DNA of 64,000 bases from Octopus bimaculoides (Eukaryota). Shown here in pieces: positions 13,490 through 25,849 of this stretch (position 1 is its first letter; the number at the start of each line of letters is the position of its first letter). The notes below the pieces were generated by a model, which had not been told where the DNA came from, did not search any database, and worked only from the letters and a program-made list of their open reading frames with translations. The position numbers and the translations under genes were made by a program. The stretch spans positions 92,032,459-92,096,458 of the forward strand of contig NC_068988.1 of the NCBI RefSeq assembly GCF_001194135.2, written 5' to 3'.

Positions 13490-13870
13490 CAGTGGTTGCC
13501 AAACTTTCTTGATCATCGACCCCTTTTAGCCACTTCTTCCGCATCAACCCCCATTAGCCACTTCTCCTTCTGCATACGACAAATTAAGAAATTCTAATGA
13601 AGATGACACACTTTTTACACTTAAAACAACATGTACGAGTATACAGTATTAAACTTTCAATTTTTCATAAAATTGTCTCCATGGTCAGAAAATGTGAAAA
13701 ACACATTATATTGCTGGAATATCTTTTATTGAAATTGGCAACATCAATGTGAGGGATGAGCATAGCGCTAAATATTTCAAGCAGTTACCCATTCAACCCC
13801 TTGGCTATCATCAACCCCCTGTAATTCCTCGCCGGCCCCTCGGGGTCCCTCGGGTCTTTGGCGACCCCTG
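13490..13870. mobile_element. hAT (Charlie-like) MITE
   Basis: TIRs cagtggttgccaaa and (reverse complement) caggggtcgccaaa. 8-bp target duplication gtttatat (13482-13489) / gtctatat (13871-13878), matching 7/8. Confidence 0.85.
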
Positions 13871-14879
13871 GTCTATATCTATCTACCTATATCCATACAC
13901 ATATAAGTACACTATACGCCTCTCTCTAACAACCACATACATATCAGTATCAACTGCCCAACAGTTATGCCTTTTTGCTGTTATGGCATAATTATCACTG
14001 ACTAGTCAATATAGAATAAATAAACATGTAACATTAGACACATACACTTTATTTCTGAATGACATTAATAGACATTTATTGCTGTACTATTATTATTAAT
14101 TACAAATTATTTTTAAACAACACCTTTTCAAACGCGATTTATGTGTAGCAAAACTTATGTGCTTTTTTTGTTCATAAAAGAATTCTGAAACAATATAACT
14201 AGAAACAGAAAAGTAAATTAGCTGCACTAAAATAGCCAAGATCAACATGCATGAAGTGGAATTTCAAACTAAAACTTCCATAACAATGTCTATTAAATTC
14301 TCTTGAAAGTTGATTATTTTAAACCAAACATTTTCTAGCTAAACAATAAAAAAAGTTAACCAGTGTTTAAAATAAGAAACAAAACGATAATGAAAAATAA
14401 ATTGATTGCCGTAATAAATTGATTTCAGCTCATTTAACAGATGGCTAAAACATTATTTCCATACCATTTCACATAGGAATTCTAAGCTGAGTATCTAGTA
14501 ATGCCATTTTATATTTACAACACATTTAGACAATATTATATTAAAATGTTCATTTATGTAAATTTAAAAAGTTAACTATATATTTCAAAGTATGGGCTGT
14601 GACCATTTTGATAGGAAAACAAGATTGCAACTTCAAATTACAAGTGATTTAATAATGGTGAATAAATATATCAGAAATAGGCAGTATGTACAGGCTATGG
14701 CTGTGTAGTTAAGAAGTTCACCTTAAAACTAAGTAGTTTCAGGTTTGATCTATGTGTCATTTTGGGCAAATATTTTCTACAGTTGTGGGTTAACCACAAC
14801 CCTTGCCAATGAAATTTGGTAGATGAAAATATAAAGCACATTGTATATGCATACACACACACATGCATATATGTGTGTG

Positions 14880-15176
14880 ATGGGGCATGGCTTTGAGGTT
14901 AGAGCATCAAGCTTACAATTGTGAAGTTGTGAGTTCGATTCCTGGACTGGAGCTGTGTGTTGTGTTCTTGAGCAAGACACTCTCTTTCCTGTTGCTCCAG
15001 TTCCGTTCAGCTGCAGAAATGAGTTGCAACATCACTGATGCCAAGCTCTACTGGCCCCTTGGCCTTTCCCTTAGACAACATCGGTGACATGGAGAGGGAA
15101 TACTGGTATGCATGAGTAACTACTGGTCTTCCACAAACAACCTTACCCAGACTTCTATCTTGGAGGGTAACTGTCT
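14880..15176 (+). mobile_element. tRNA-derived SINE family D
   Basis: A-box-like tggctttgaggtt, B-box gagttcgattcc, CORE-like ttcttgagcaagacact. A related copy lies at about 54598-54835. Runs into a gap. Confidence 0.7.
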
Positions 15177-15584
15177 NNNNNNNNNNNNNNNNNNNNNNNN
15201 NNNNNNNNNNNNNNNNNNNNNNNNNNNNNNNNNNNNNNNNNNNNNNNNNNNNNNNNNNNNNNNNNNNNNNNNNNNNNNNNNNNNNNNNNNNNNNNNNNNN
15301 NNNNNNNNNNNNNNNNNNNNNNNNNNNNNNNNNNNNNNNNNNNNNNNNNNNNNNNNNNNNNNNNNNNNNNNNNNNNNNNNNNNNNNNNNNNNNNNNNNNN
15401 NNNNNNNNNNNNNNNNNNNNNNNNNNNNNNNNNNNNNNNNNNNNNNNNNNNNNNNNNNNNNNNNNNNNNNNNNNNNNNNNNNNNNNNNNNNNNNNNNNNN
15501 NNNNNNNNNNNNNNNNNNNNNNNNNNNNNNNNNNNNNNNNNNNNNNNNNNNNNNNNNNNNNNNNNNNNNNNNNNNNNNNNNNNN
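15177..15584. other. Assembly gap (others at 20258-20267, 37556-37694, 39437-39895, 50716-50803, 59174-59183, 63289-63298)
   Basis: N runs, mostly abutting (TA)n tracts. Confidence 1.
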
Positions 15585-16129
15585 TATATATATATATATA
15601 TATATATATCTGTATGTATTTACAACCATACCAGTGCAAACATGCACAGATATTGGGTTTTTTTATAAGTGAGGTTTCATTTTTTAAGGACGTGTGACTT
15701 GAGAGAAAGTAGACTGGTAATATATCCGTTGCTTAAGTAAACTGCCAATAAAAACCTATCTGTATATCAGGGATTAAAATCTTCAATTGAAAGCAACAGT
15801 ATGTGATTTGTGGGATCCTTGGTTGCTACTTTTAGCAGCTCAACATACTGCATAAAGACACTATTAGGTGTGTTGCTGTTTGGTTCCAGATTAGCTCTGA
15901 CCAAACAGAACTACAATGAAAGGAGTTCAAACCTTAACTATCATCTTTTTGTACACTGGAAACAAGATAATCCAATGTATCCTCACTTTTTACAAGTGCA
16001 GCTGATTATGATTTGAATTAAATTTGGCTGCTGTGTCTGGTAGCTTGAATAACCAACTGCTCAATCACACGCAAAACACTCATCTCATCAAGATGTATCT
16101 TGCACATCAAAGCTTGGTTTAGCCTGTGA

Positions 16130-16535
16130 TACCAAAGAATAGACTGGGTAATTACCATGAACAGTGAGGTATGCACCTAAGATATATAGGTTAGGATCCC
16201 AACCTGTGTCTTACGTGAGGAAAAAGCCCAGCAAGAAAGCTACAAGAACTGACCTCCGGAGATCCTGAGAAGAGTGGGAAAATGAGGCTTAGCTGAACCA
16301 AAGATTAACAATTCATACAAACAACCAAATCATAATTTGCAGCTGTGGAAAATTGTGCAAGAACTATCAAAGCCCTAAAACCCAACACACCAGAATGAAA
16401 TGCATGGAACAAGAGAATGAGCTGAGACACATAAGCCTTGAACTCACTGAGATACGGGAAGAGAGCTCAACCAAGAATCGTCTCACAGAGCCCAATCCTT
16501 CCCTACATCATAGCAAGACCCAAAACACTTGCTGA
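16130..16535 (+). mobile_element. 5' fragment of a HERO-like (REL-endonuclease class) non-LTR retrotransposon
   Basis: Frame from 16332 reads IICSCGKLCKNYQSPKTQHTRMKCMEQENELR, resembling the HERO N-terminal zinc finger CxCGKxCKNxRGLKIHQxRMKC (recalled). Upstream gaggcttagctgaaccaaagatt also resembles the HERO 5' region. No RT follows. Confidence 0.6.
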
Positions 16536-16630
16536 CTCTAGGTTCAATCACTGATGACTGCATACACACACAGTGAACTATTAATTGATAGAAATATTTT
16601 TTATATCATTCTCTTAAAGAATTTATTAAA

Positions 16631-16803
16631 AAAAGCACCCACTACACTCTCGGAGTGGTAGGCGTTAGGAAGGGCATCCAGCTGTAGAAACTCTGCCAAA
16701 TCAGATTGGAGCCTGGTGTAGCCATCTGGTTCACCAGACCTCAGTAAAATCGTCCAACCCATGCTAGCATGGAAAGCGGATGTTAAACGATGATGATGAT
16801 GAT
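16631..16803 (+). mobile_element. RTE-tailed non-autonomous retroposon 3' module (family R)
   Basis: aaaagcacccactacactctc...ggcgttaggaagggcatccagctgtagaaac...tccaacccatgctagcatggaaagcggatgttaaacgatgatgatg. Further copies at about 21765-21900 (-), 38072-38230 (-) and 60635-60848 (+). Confidence 0.85.
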
Positions 16804-17893
16804 ATTTAGTTTAAATATTTCTATCTAGTACACAAAGTAATTTCAAAACCAAAACTTCCTGGTACCACTCATACTAAGTATTTTATGCATTTATTTCATA
16901 TTGCAATTTTTTTTAACAATAGCAATGTTGGTTGCTGAATTGCAAACTGGTCTTTCTGAGTCATTGCATTTTTTACAGCTTTCGTAACACACAGGTGCAT
17001 ATGAAATATTGCTGATGTTTACAACTTTCGATAATAATTGGAGAATGTAAACATATGTACATACATGCACACATACATATAACTGATTTAAAAAAGAAAG
17101 TGATTTTTTAACAAAAAATCAGACTGTTTTGTTTAGAACTAAATATTAAAGATGTTTTATCTCATTTCATTTAATATCATCCATTATTTATCTCAATAAC
17201 ACAGAGAAGAAAGATCAAAAGCCTGGGTTACTTTCCTAACAAAAAAAAACATTATCATCACATAGATATTGAGCCCCCATACCCAATAATTGCAATTATT
17301 AAATTAGAATATTTTATATCACAGTATTTTGAAGTTGTTCCATTAATTTACACAATCTACATCATCATTACAAAGTCTTTTTTCACTGTTCTGTGATCAT
17401 ATTTCTAATGAACTAAATGCCTATGTATTTTCAATTAATTTTGAAAATATTTAACAATTTGGAGGGATTTAATAAAATAATTATTAACTTGTTCATTAAG
17501 CTGGTCTCGGGAACATAACAAAAGGTTCTTGCATAAAATTATGATGGGAATTTTTTATTTACATAAGCACACATTAAGGCCATGGAACCAGAGGTAGGCT
17601 GGTACCAAAAAGGTTAAGAGAAATACAATCTGTTTGACATTTTTAAGTGAAAACTAACTAAAAAGTGCTGGTGAAATAACAAAAGCATTCAATTTATCAC
17701 TGTTACTATGATATTATGTGAGGCAAATGAATGTAATTTTTGCCACCCTCAATAAATACGGGAATAGGTTCCATTTCAAAGATGATGGTTATTTCACACA
17801 AGCCTGTACAACTAACAACAACTGTAACAATAGTTACAAGTATCTAAACTTGCAGAACCATTCAACCCATGCTGTTAGGGAAGAATTAGATAC

Positions 17894-18897
17894 GCAATGA
17901 ACAAAATAAATGAATTCAATATAAATTCATCCTATTGTCAAATCGAAGAAAACCTTAAATAAAATATTAAACATGAAAATAATATATACATATAACAGTT
18001 TTCTTGGGAAATATGTCGAAATATACACAATATCTTTGCGATACGAAATAAAACATGCTTACAACAGTAGTATTGAAAACTAGTTCAAGATTCAAAAATA
18101 TATATTATCCATATGGTATTTTGTAAGCCGACATTTTAAATTTTGTTGTTGTGTTAGCAGGAATTCAAGAGTTCGCATCTTTGATTCAAAGCACTATTGT
18201 CCTGGAATAAAATATAGAAGTTTTCCAAAAGACATAAATCACATGTGATGGGTCTTTTATGCGCACCGTGTCTGTAAAGTGATGCTTTATCTAAAATTCT
18301 TCATGTCACATTGAAAGGCCGGGTTTCATTTTCTATTAATTCCCAGACATATTTTGCCAGACTGGTTTTTGTCCTATTTTTGGGGTATCGGAAGGAATTT
18401 CTATGAGAATAAAATTGGGTCTTGAAAGAATTTTCAGAAGCCCCTGTGTAAGTCCTATAGTCGTGTGAGCCTTCTATTTGCACTTTGGCTCTATACACAA
18501 TTCATTTCTCCAGGCATTTTGGTTATTTTCAACCATCTTATTGTTGTGTTGGTTAATGAAAGAGGCGAAGTTTTCGCAGCAAGAATAGCTGATCTTAAGC
18601 GTTCTTCTATTAAATATTCTATAAAGCTTATGGTTAGGTTGAAAATGTCTAGAGACTAATTTTAAGAATTCCCTACCTATATTTGTTTTGTTTTTACGGC
18701 CATATTAAAAGCTGGGTTGAATCACAAAACACTCCTAGTCCTCGTTCCACGTGTTGCATTACTGCTAGCTTTAAGTTGGTTATACTGGATCTTCTCAGAG
18801 AATCCACTATTCCTTAATGCACTATTGTAATAAGGTGCGGCATTTTTAAATGCTGCCTCATCTGAAGAAATTGACGATATTCGTCTACCTACATTAC
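17894..18897 (-). mobile_element. Penelope-like element, 5'-truncated: ORF C-terminus with GIY-YIG endonuclease plus partial 3' UTR
   Basis: Minus translation gives RRISSISSDEAAFKNAAPYYNSAL, FNPAFN, NIGREFLKLVSRHF, RTLKISYSC, then YRAKV...YTGASENSFKTQFYSHRNSF...TSLAKYVWEL (track ORF 18301-18498) and, past a stop, RILDKA...TCDLCLLENFYIL...LNQRCELLNSC. These are standard PLE motifs; stops and frameshifts are present. Confidence 0.92.
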
Positions 18898-18898
18898 T

Positions 18899-20257
18899 GA
18901 TATTGTGTATATTTCAAAATATTTCTCAAGAAAATCTTCGACTGTTATATGTATATATTACTTTCATGTTTAAGATTTTATTTTTATTTTTATTTCATTT
19001 TATTGTATTTTACAAACCCATTTAATCGTTATATTTATAGATAATTCGATATATGGTGTTCCATTTTGCATGTCTTTTATCTGATTTTCATTGTTATATA
19101 TTCAGCAATTTTTTTAAAAGTCGTTTGTATATATACGTCAGGACCTAGATATGTTTTTATGTGGATGTCTGTATTCTAGACATGCATATATATTTGTATG
19201 TGTGCATCTGTGTATATGTGTAAGTAAGCATGTATGTTTATACTTGTGCACATACGTACATGGATGTATATGTATGCATATACACACTTATATTTGTGTG
19301 GATGTGTGTTTACATGCATATTTCCATATATTTATATACGTGATCTTATATGTGTATTTATATACTAATATACACTTTTGTATATACATATATATGTAAT
19401 TTTATTTTATATGTACGTTTGTTAAACATATTTCGCTACCTATCTTTCTTTCTTTTTTCTTTCCTTACGCAAAGTGTCCTTTCTCTCCCTATTCGTTACT
19501 TTGATAGCGTCCTTAAACAATGCGTTCCTCTTCTCCTCCCCTACTTACCTTTTTCTTTCGCAAGCTGTTACGTTTAGGAACCTTATTATTTTCTTTTTCT
19601 TTCCTCCTCCCAACGTTTAAGACAAACTTCCTATCTACCTTGTCTGTTATAACTGACTTCTATATGAATACATGAATACATGAAGAGATTTTCGTTAGTG
19701 GGCATAGTTGCATGCATATATGTATGTGTATATATTTATGTCTTATATATGCCTGCATATGTATGTAACTATGTGCATGCATCTGTATATTTTGATGTAT
19801 ATATATATATGTATATTATAGATGGTCTAGTATGGGTATATACTGTTCTAAAATATTTATGTAATGCAGCATGAAAATTTTAATTTTAATGTATTAATTG
19901 ACTTATACTTCTTATATAATTATTTACAATATGCATTTTGGATTCACTCTTCGATTTTACAATAGGATGAATTTATATTGAATTCATTTATTTTGTTCAT
20001 TGCATGCTTAAGACCGTTAATTGAAAGGACCAATGAAACAAACCCATTTTTAAAAGTGTATCCTTTAACTAGTTTTGATTATATCGTTATTTCTATTTCT
20101 TTTAAACAAAACTGTCCGACGAACGGGAATGTGAAACTCTGAGTAACAGCTTTTGTTGTATTTTCTGCTGCTTTTAAATAAAGCACATTACTCTACCTCT
20201 GATATTTGAGTACTCTTTTTTCCACCTTGTTTCACATTTATGTGCTTACTCCGGTAT
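18899..20257 (+). mobile_element. Inverted pseudo-LTR / 3' UTR copy of the same Penelope-like element
   Basis: 18899-18981 is the inverted copy of about 17960-18034. 19948-20003 is the inverted copy of 17894-17949 (55/56 identical). Contains a hammerhead fold near its end and terminates at a gap. Confidence 0.8.
20105..20157 (+). ncRNA. Type I hammerhead ribozyme motif (U4C core variant) in the PLE pseudo-LTR
   Basis: Stem I is 20105-20115 with 20146-20157 (11 bp, one bulged C). Core CCGACGA at 20116-20122. Stem II is ACG/UGU with a GGAA loop. GAAA at 20133-20136. Quasi-palindromic stem III ACUC-U-GAGU. Predicted cleavage after GUA (A20145). Confidence 0.75.
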
Positions 20258-20267
20258 NNNNNNNNNN

Positions 20268-20307
<40 letters not shown>

Positions 20308-22281
20308 ATATTCAGCTTCACTTATAGTAGAATAAGATATGTGAACCAAATCTCATGACTGCAAGTCAACACATGTGAAAATACATGAGCAGAGAGGAAC
20401 GGCCTAGGTTCTAAAAAGGAAGGGCTGAGAGCTGGACATAAAAAGGGTGATGAGAGGGGAGGACAAGTGGATCCAGAATGACTGAGTGGAGGTGGCATGA
20501 ACCCAGCCAGACCCAAGGAGTAGATGCCACTGCAGTAATTGGAGAAAAGGCTGAGGAGAAAATGCATCCGGAAACCACAAGGTGAAGCATGTGTGAGTGA
20601 CTTTATGCCAGTCAGTCAGTCAGGTGGTTCTTTTCTGGATACAGATTATGAAAACTGTGTTCGCAGCAGCACTGTCCCAGACATGGCAGAAATACACCAG
20701 TGTATGCTTCACTTTAGCTTTGTTGGGTGTCAATGATTGTTGGGAGCAGGAATATTTTATGGCCTTGAAATAAAGAACCAGTCATTAGGATGTGTCTAAG
20801 GGGTGTGTGTGATGTGATGTTTTATTGATGGAAATAGTTGAAAGTGACAAGACTAGCATATACCCCTCCAGGTTGATAGTTCAACAGCTACTGTTTTTAT
20901 CTCCAACACAGCCATTAGAAGTTTATCAACATTTGTTAATGGATGAGTCACAGCTTAAAAGATTTGTACATAATTTGGCTGCTAATTTAACCTGTTATAA
21001 TGTGACATTCAATTGCCATGGGACAAAATTTCAGACTGAAAACTGGTCATCAGAAAAACTAGTCAGTGTTGTTTAGCAACATTATGAATCATTAATCTAA
21101 AAGATTTATTCTGCTCTATGTTACTGTGAGGGCTGGGAAAGGGGGAACCAAGCCAGTTTAAAAAAAACAACAGGGAGTTGTAAAAGGCAGAGCATCAACA
21201 CATGCAGACTCTTCTTCATTTGAACAACTTCAAATGGCTGTTGTTACTTAATATAGAAAAAAAAAAGAAAAAGCATAGCCCCAGCCAGTGCTGTCTAACA
21301 AGGAATTGAGCATGTCATTTATAGGATTGTTGCTTTTCAAGATAGATTTATGTAGGCCAACAAAATGTTATTTTACTGCAATTTTATTTCATTAGCTTTT
21401 GCAGACAAAGAATAAACTGTCATTAGAAATGTAAATACATTTAACAAAGATATTCCCTTTAATGGTTAATTGAAATTCATTTGATAACCATAAAGTTTGA
21501 TTCCATAACATCCTCTCAAAATCTTGTTTCCTACTAATATTCAGGTTAGAGATTTTCACCGTAAACCTCTCTAAACTTGTGGTTAGTAAAAGATATGAAA
21601 TAACCATACAGTGTAGTAATATCAATGTAGATGCAGTTACAGCTATGCAGCAAAGAGATTTGCATGGTGGACAAATATTTTCTAGGTTGTAGCCTTGGGT
21701 TGACCCATACCTTTTAAGTGGAATTTGTTAGATGAAAACTGTGCAGAAGCCTCATGTATATATCATCATTTTAACATCAGTTTTACATGCTGGCATGGGT
21801 TGGATGATTTGACAGGAGCTGGCCAGCCAGAGAGCTGTCCAGGCTCCAGTTGTCTGTTTCCACAGCTAGATGCCCTTCCTAACACCAATCACTTTACAGT
21901 GTCTGCTGAGTGCTTTGGAGAGTTCTGCTTAAGTTTACTGGTGGGTTGTGTAATGTTGTCTTATATTAAAATTCTAACTTAATAATTTGATAAACAGTAA
22001 TTGATAATATAAGTACCAAACTGAAAATCGGGTCCATATGACTAACTCTAGAAGGTAGTGCACCAGCATAGCAGCAGTTCAGAAGCAGAAACAAGCAAAA
22101 GTGTAATACATACTGTAGTAATATATGATTGTGACTACAGACTATAGTAATATGGCTATACAAGATAGTAATACAGACTAAACCTGAATAGATTTGTATT
22201 TCCCATTGTTTTATTTATGTGTACATAAGTCATATATACAAAGAGTATAGGGAACGTGTGTACAAAGTGTATACAAAAGCT

Positions 22282-22312
<31 letters not shown>

Positions 22313-23203
22313 CTACATATAATACAAGTTAATATAAAAGTAATGTAGGTACCAGTATACATAAAAGTTTATAGGCAATGTATATTTGAATAAAAATATG
22401 GGTTGGAACAAAATGGTTAACTGGACAAGAGATATACTGTACGAACCTAATCAGCCCTAAATAATATGGAAATACAAAATTTTCACTGCTAACGCCATAG
22501 ACATTATTTAGATAACTCAGTCTCTTTGATTGGCCCACTGCCAGGTAGTGTATTTATGATACAAACATACACAATCTATTCCCCCTAGCATGCAGAAAAA
22601 AACAGTCCATGTTTCTCTGGTATTGGTTACAGTTTATCTATTATAACTACTGGTGTTTACTAGCCAATGCCGAAGTCTGATCTATACTCTATTGGTCTAA
22701 TTCAGCTATCTTTGTATATAGGTACAGAGGAAAAAACAGTAAATTCAGAGTTGAAACAGAGATAATTGAACAATGAAATATTTTGTGGCTAAAGTAGAAC
22801 CTTAATGATATCTGAATTAATGAGCACTTGATGTCCATGCAAACTCAAGTCCACCAAGCTGTAAATATGCACCTGATGTTAAACACAGCCCACCACAGCA
22901 AACCTTGCATCAGTATGTCAAGTTGGTTTTCAGTGTTTGAGCATCAGATCTCTAAGGGATGGGAGACTCACTCTAGGATACTTTTCTACAGAAACTTTGC
23001 ATATACCTTGATTGGCGGGTCAGCAGGAGTCAGAACTTAATTAAAATTCTTTGTAATACAGGGCCAAAATGAAATCATTTGACGACTTTTTTCACAAAAA
23101 GACATACAACAACAATGGTTTTCCTCATTTATCTCTAAGTGAACTACATAAGTAGACTGGCTAACAATTGTAAATAAATAAATAGTTAGACTACATTTTA
23201 GGC

Positions 23204-23880
23204 TGGTGCTTCTTAAAGTGAGTGGTACTGTCTCCTGGGGTGCACTAAAAAATTTTATATGGGTACTGGGGGCAAAAGGACAATAAGGGGAAGGGGTTGA
23301 GAGATGTATCTATACAGTTTTTTAATCTCTCACAGCACTGTTTTAATCCATTTTAGCATTCAGATTACTGTCAAATGTAAAGCTCATTCACTTGCATCAT
23401 TTTGAATTAATCATAGCTTTGAGATTTCAATGATATAGATGTTTATTATCAGAAGGACATTGAAAGGTAGGTGTGAGAAGCTGGATCTGGCTAGTTTGAA
23501 CATAACACAGATCGGATATTTTGGGCGAATATAACCAGTTTAAATGCTAAAGGGCTAAACATTAACTTTTAAAATATAAAACAATAAACTGCTGGTTGGC
23601 TACAATCACAATAGCAATAACATACAACAACAAGAATTCAAAATGTAAATAAGTGAATAAGCAAAACTAAGTATATACCACTTATGATTATTGTAGGGTG
23701 GTGCTATGGTAAGTAGTTACTTGTGTTAAACTAGAATCTGGAATTAAATTATTTGAACCAGATATTTATGTGTATGTACAATAAAAGGAAGAGTTGTGCT
23801 GAATCATAGTAGAGATGCATTGAGAAAGTGTAAGTAGACAAAAAAAAGGGTCAATAGTTTAAAAAGTTTGAGAAGCAGTG
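23204..23880. mobile_element. hAT (Charlie-like) MITE containing a nested family A piggyBac-type MITE (23347-23554)
   Basis: Ends tggtgcttcttaaa and (reverse complement) cactgcttctcaaa. Flanks ttttaggc / ttctagac match 6/8. Nested element reads ttaa|tccattttagcattcag ... aaatgctaaaggg|ctaa. Confidence 0.7.
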
Positions 23881-24437
23881 TTCTAGACTATTCAACAGCT
23901 ACATCTTGGACTGTCATAAATTTTTTTTTTTTTTCCCAAGAGGAAAAGGATACAAAGTGTCAGATATCATGATTACATATAAATCCAATATTATAAATCA
24001 TAGGAGAACTGCAGCACTCAATTCAAGTTATCCAACAAACTAAGGCTACAACACACAGACTAGACCAACTGAGAACCTTTTTTATGTGATTTCATCAATT
24101 TATTTTGACGATAATAAAAATTGATTTAATTTGAGAGAATATAGTAGTAATGTGTGACAGGAAAGAGATCCAGTCATTCTTTTTAAAGTAGTTACAAAAG
24201 GGGGGGGGCTACAGAATATAAGTAGTCTTGTGTCTCCAATGCGTTTACACCAGAATTTCTAACACTCTTGGCAAAACTGTAGCCTGTCCCTAATGTTAGA
24301 GTCTTTCTATAGTCTGAGTCTGTTTCACCAGTATCAACTTCACTTTTCAACTCTCCAGGTTGTTAATATTGAATTCAATTAACTATACACTCTCTCCAAG
24401 ATGTGGACTTCTGTTAGAGTCAGAAGAAACCATAATT

Positions 24438-25845
24438 ATTAAGTTGCTTGGGGTTTGGTTTGGTCCAGACTTCCAGGTGGTGAAAAACTGGGACGAAGTG
24501 ATGAGCAGGGTAGCCAACCTCACTCAGAAATGAGCTGAGAAGAAGCTGTCCCTGAAAGGTTGAGCGGTGGTGGCGAATGCGTACATTGCATCCGTCATCT
24601 ATTATTGCTTGACTGTCACCCCTTGCCCTGTTTGCTGGTTGATCAAGCTGGTGCGCTTACTCTTCCGCTTTCTGTGGAAGGAGCACGTTCCACTGGTCAG
24701 ACATTCCATCTGCTGTCAACAGCCACTGAATGGAGGGCTGGGTGTGCTATGGTTGCTGATGTGCATACATGTGCTGGGGTTGTGGCATCTCCAGCATTTC
24801 CTTGATAGTGAGCAGGTGTGGTCACCGTTTGCAAGAGACAGTTTCCCACAACTCATCTCTTTGACTGAGCTGCAATCTTGGATTAGGTGTAGACCGAGGA
24901 GGGACGCTTGGCACCCCAAGTGCCATCAAGCGCTCACAGCCCTCCACCAGCCAGGGAATGCAGTTGGTGGTAGTGCTACTCTAGCGTTCTATAGAGGGCT
25001 TGTGGAAGGAAAGTGAAATGACATTCTTGGGGAAACTCTGGCCGTTGATGAAGATCAATTAACTGGTCTGTTTCGGAGAACTTTTGGGCCTGGGCCTATG
25101 GATAACTTCCAGAAATCCCTTGCCTGGCAGTGCTACCAAGGAGCGCTGCCTGTTCGGGATAAACTGTACAGACACAGAAGTGCTGTCAGTCGGGCCTGCC
25201 TGAGGTGCGCCCAGAACAATGAAACCGTTCAGCATGCCCTAGTCCAGTACCCGAGTATTGCTGACCTGTGGGTTTACGTCGAACACCTGCTGTCGCATGT
25301 AGAATGGATCCAGCTATCAGCTGAATCCATTGTGAAGATTGCTCTGCTGCCTCCTTTCGGCAGGGAGGGGAAGGCAATTTTTATTTGTCTAGTAGCTGTG
25401 GCGAAAGAGGTAATGGTGGACCCATTTGAAAGGGCTAAAGACAGACACTTCCTTCTCTGACCAAGCCCTCATCAACTTTTTCAAGTTTCACTTGAAAAGG
25501 AAGTTGAGGGTGAAGAGGGAAGTGTTGCCTTGTAGCAAGTTTGTTGAAAGGTGGGTGAATGTTGGAAGAAGTGTGAAAGGACCAATTCTGAGCGTGCACC
25601 TATAAAAAAAAAAAGAAGGGCTCTTGCCCTGTTGTTCAGTTACCTCTGGCTTTTGTTGGTTTTTTCCACGAGGACCTTAAAGCGCCTCCCCTATTGGGAG
25701 ATCAATTTGTTTAATTTTTAATTGTTATCTGAAAACACATTGTATTGTCCTGTTTTTGTCTTTTATGTTGTTGCATGTCATTTAATGTTTTGCATGTGAG
25801 CCTTTGTGACCAATAAAAGAATTAATTATTATTATTATCATCATC
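24438..25845 (+). mobile_element. 5'-truncated Tx1/L1-clade LINE (post-RT region, zf-RVT, 3' UTR)
   Basis: IKLLGVWFG...KNWDEV...KKLSLKG...LFRFLWK...PLNGGLG, followed by WQCYQGALPVRDKLYRH...CLRCAQNNETVQHALVQYPSIADLW (zf-RVT-like CxxC...H). AATAAA at 25812 is followed by an (ATT)n tail. Confidence 0.9.
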
Positions 25846-25849
25846 ATAA

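Noticed and set aside
15007-15672. ORFs of 175-210 aa
   Set aside because: They span the N gap; their length is an artefact.
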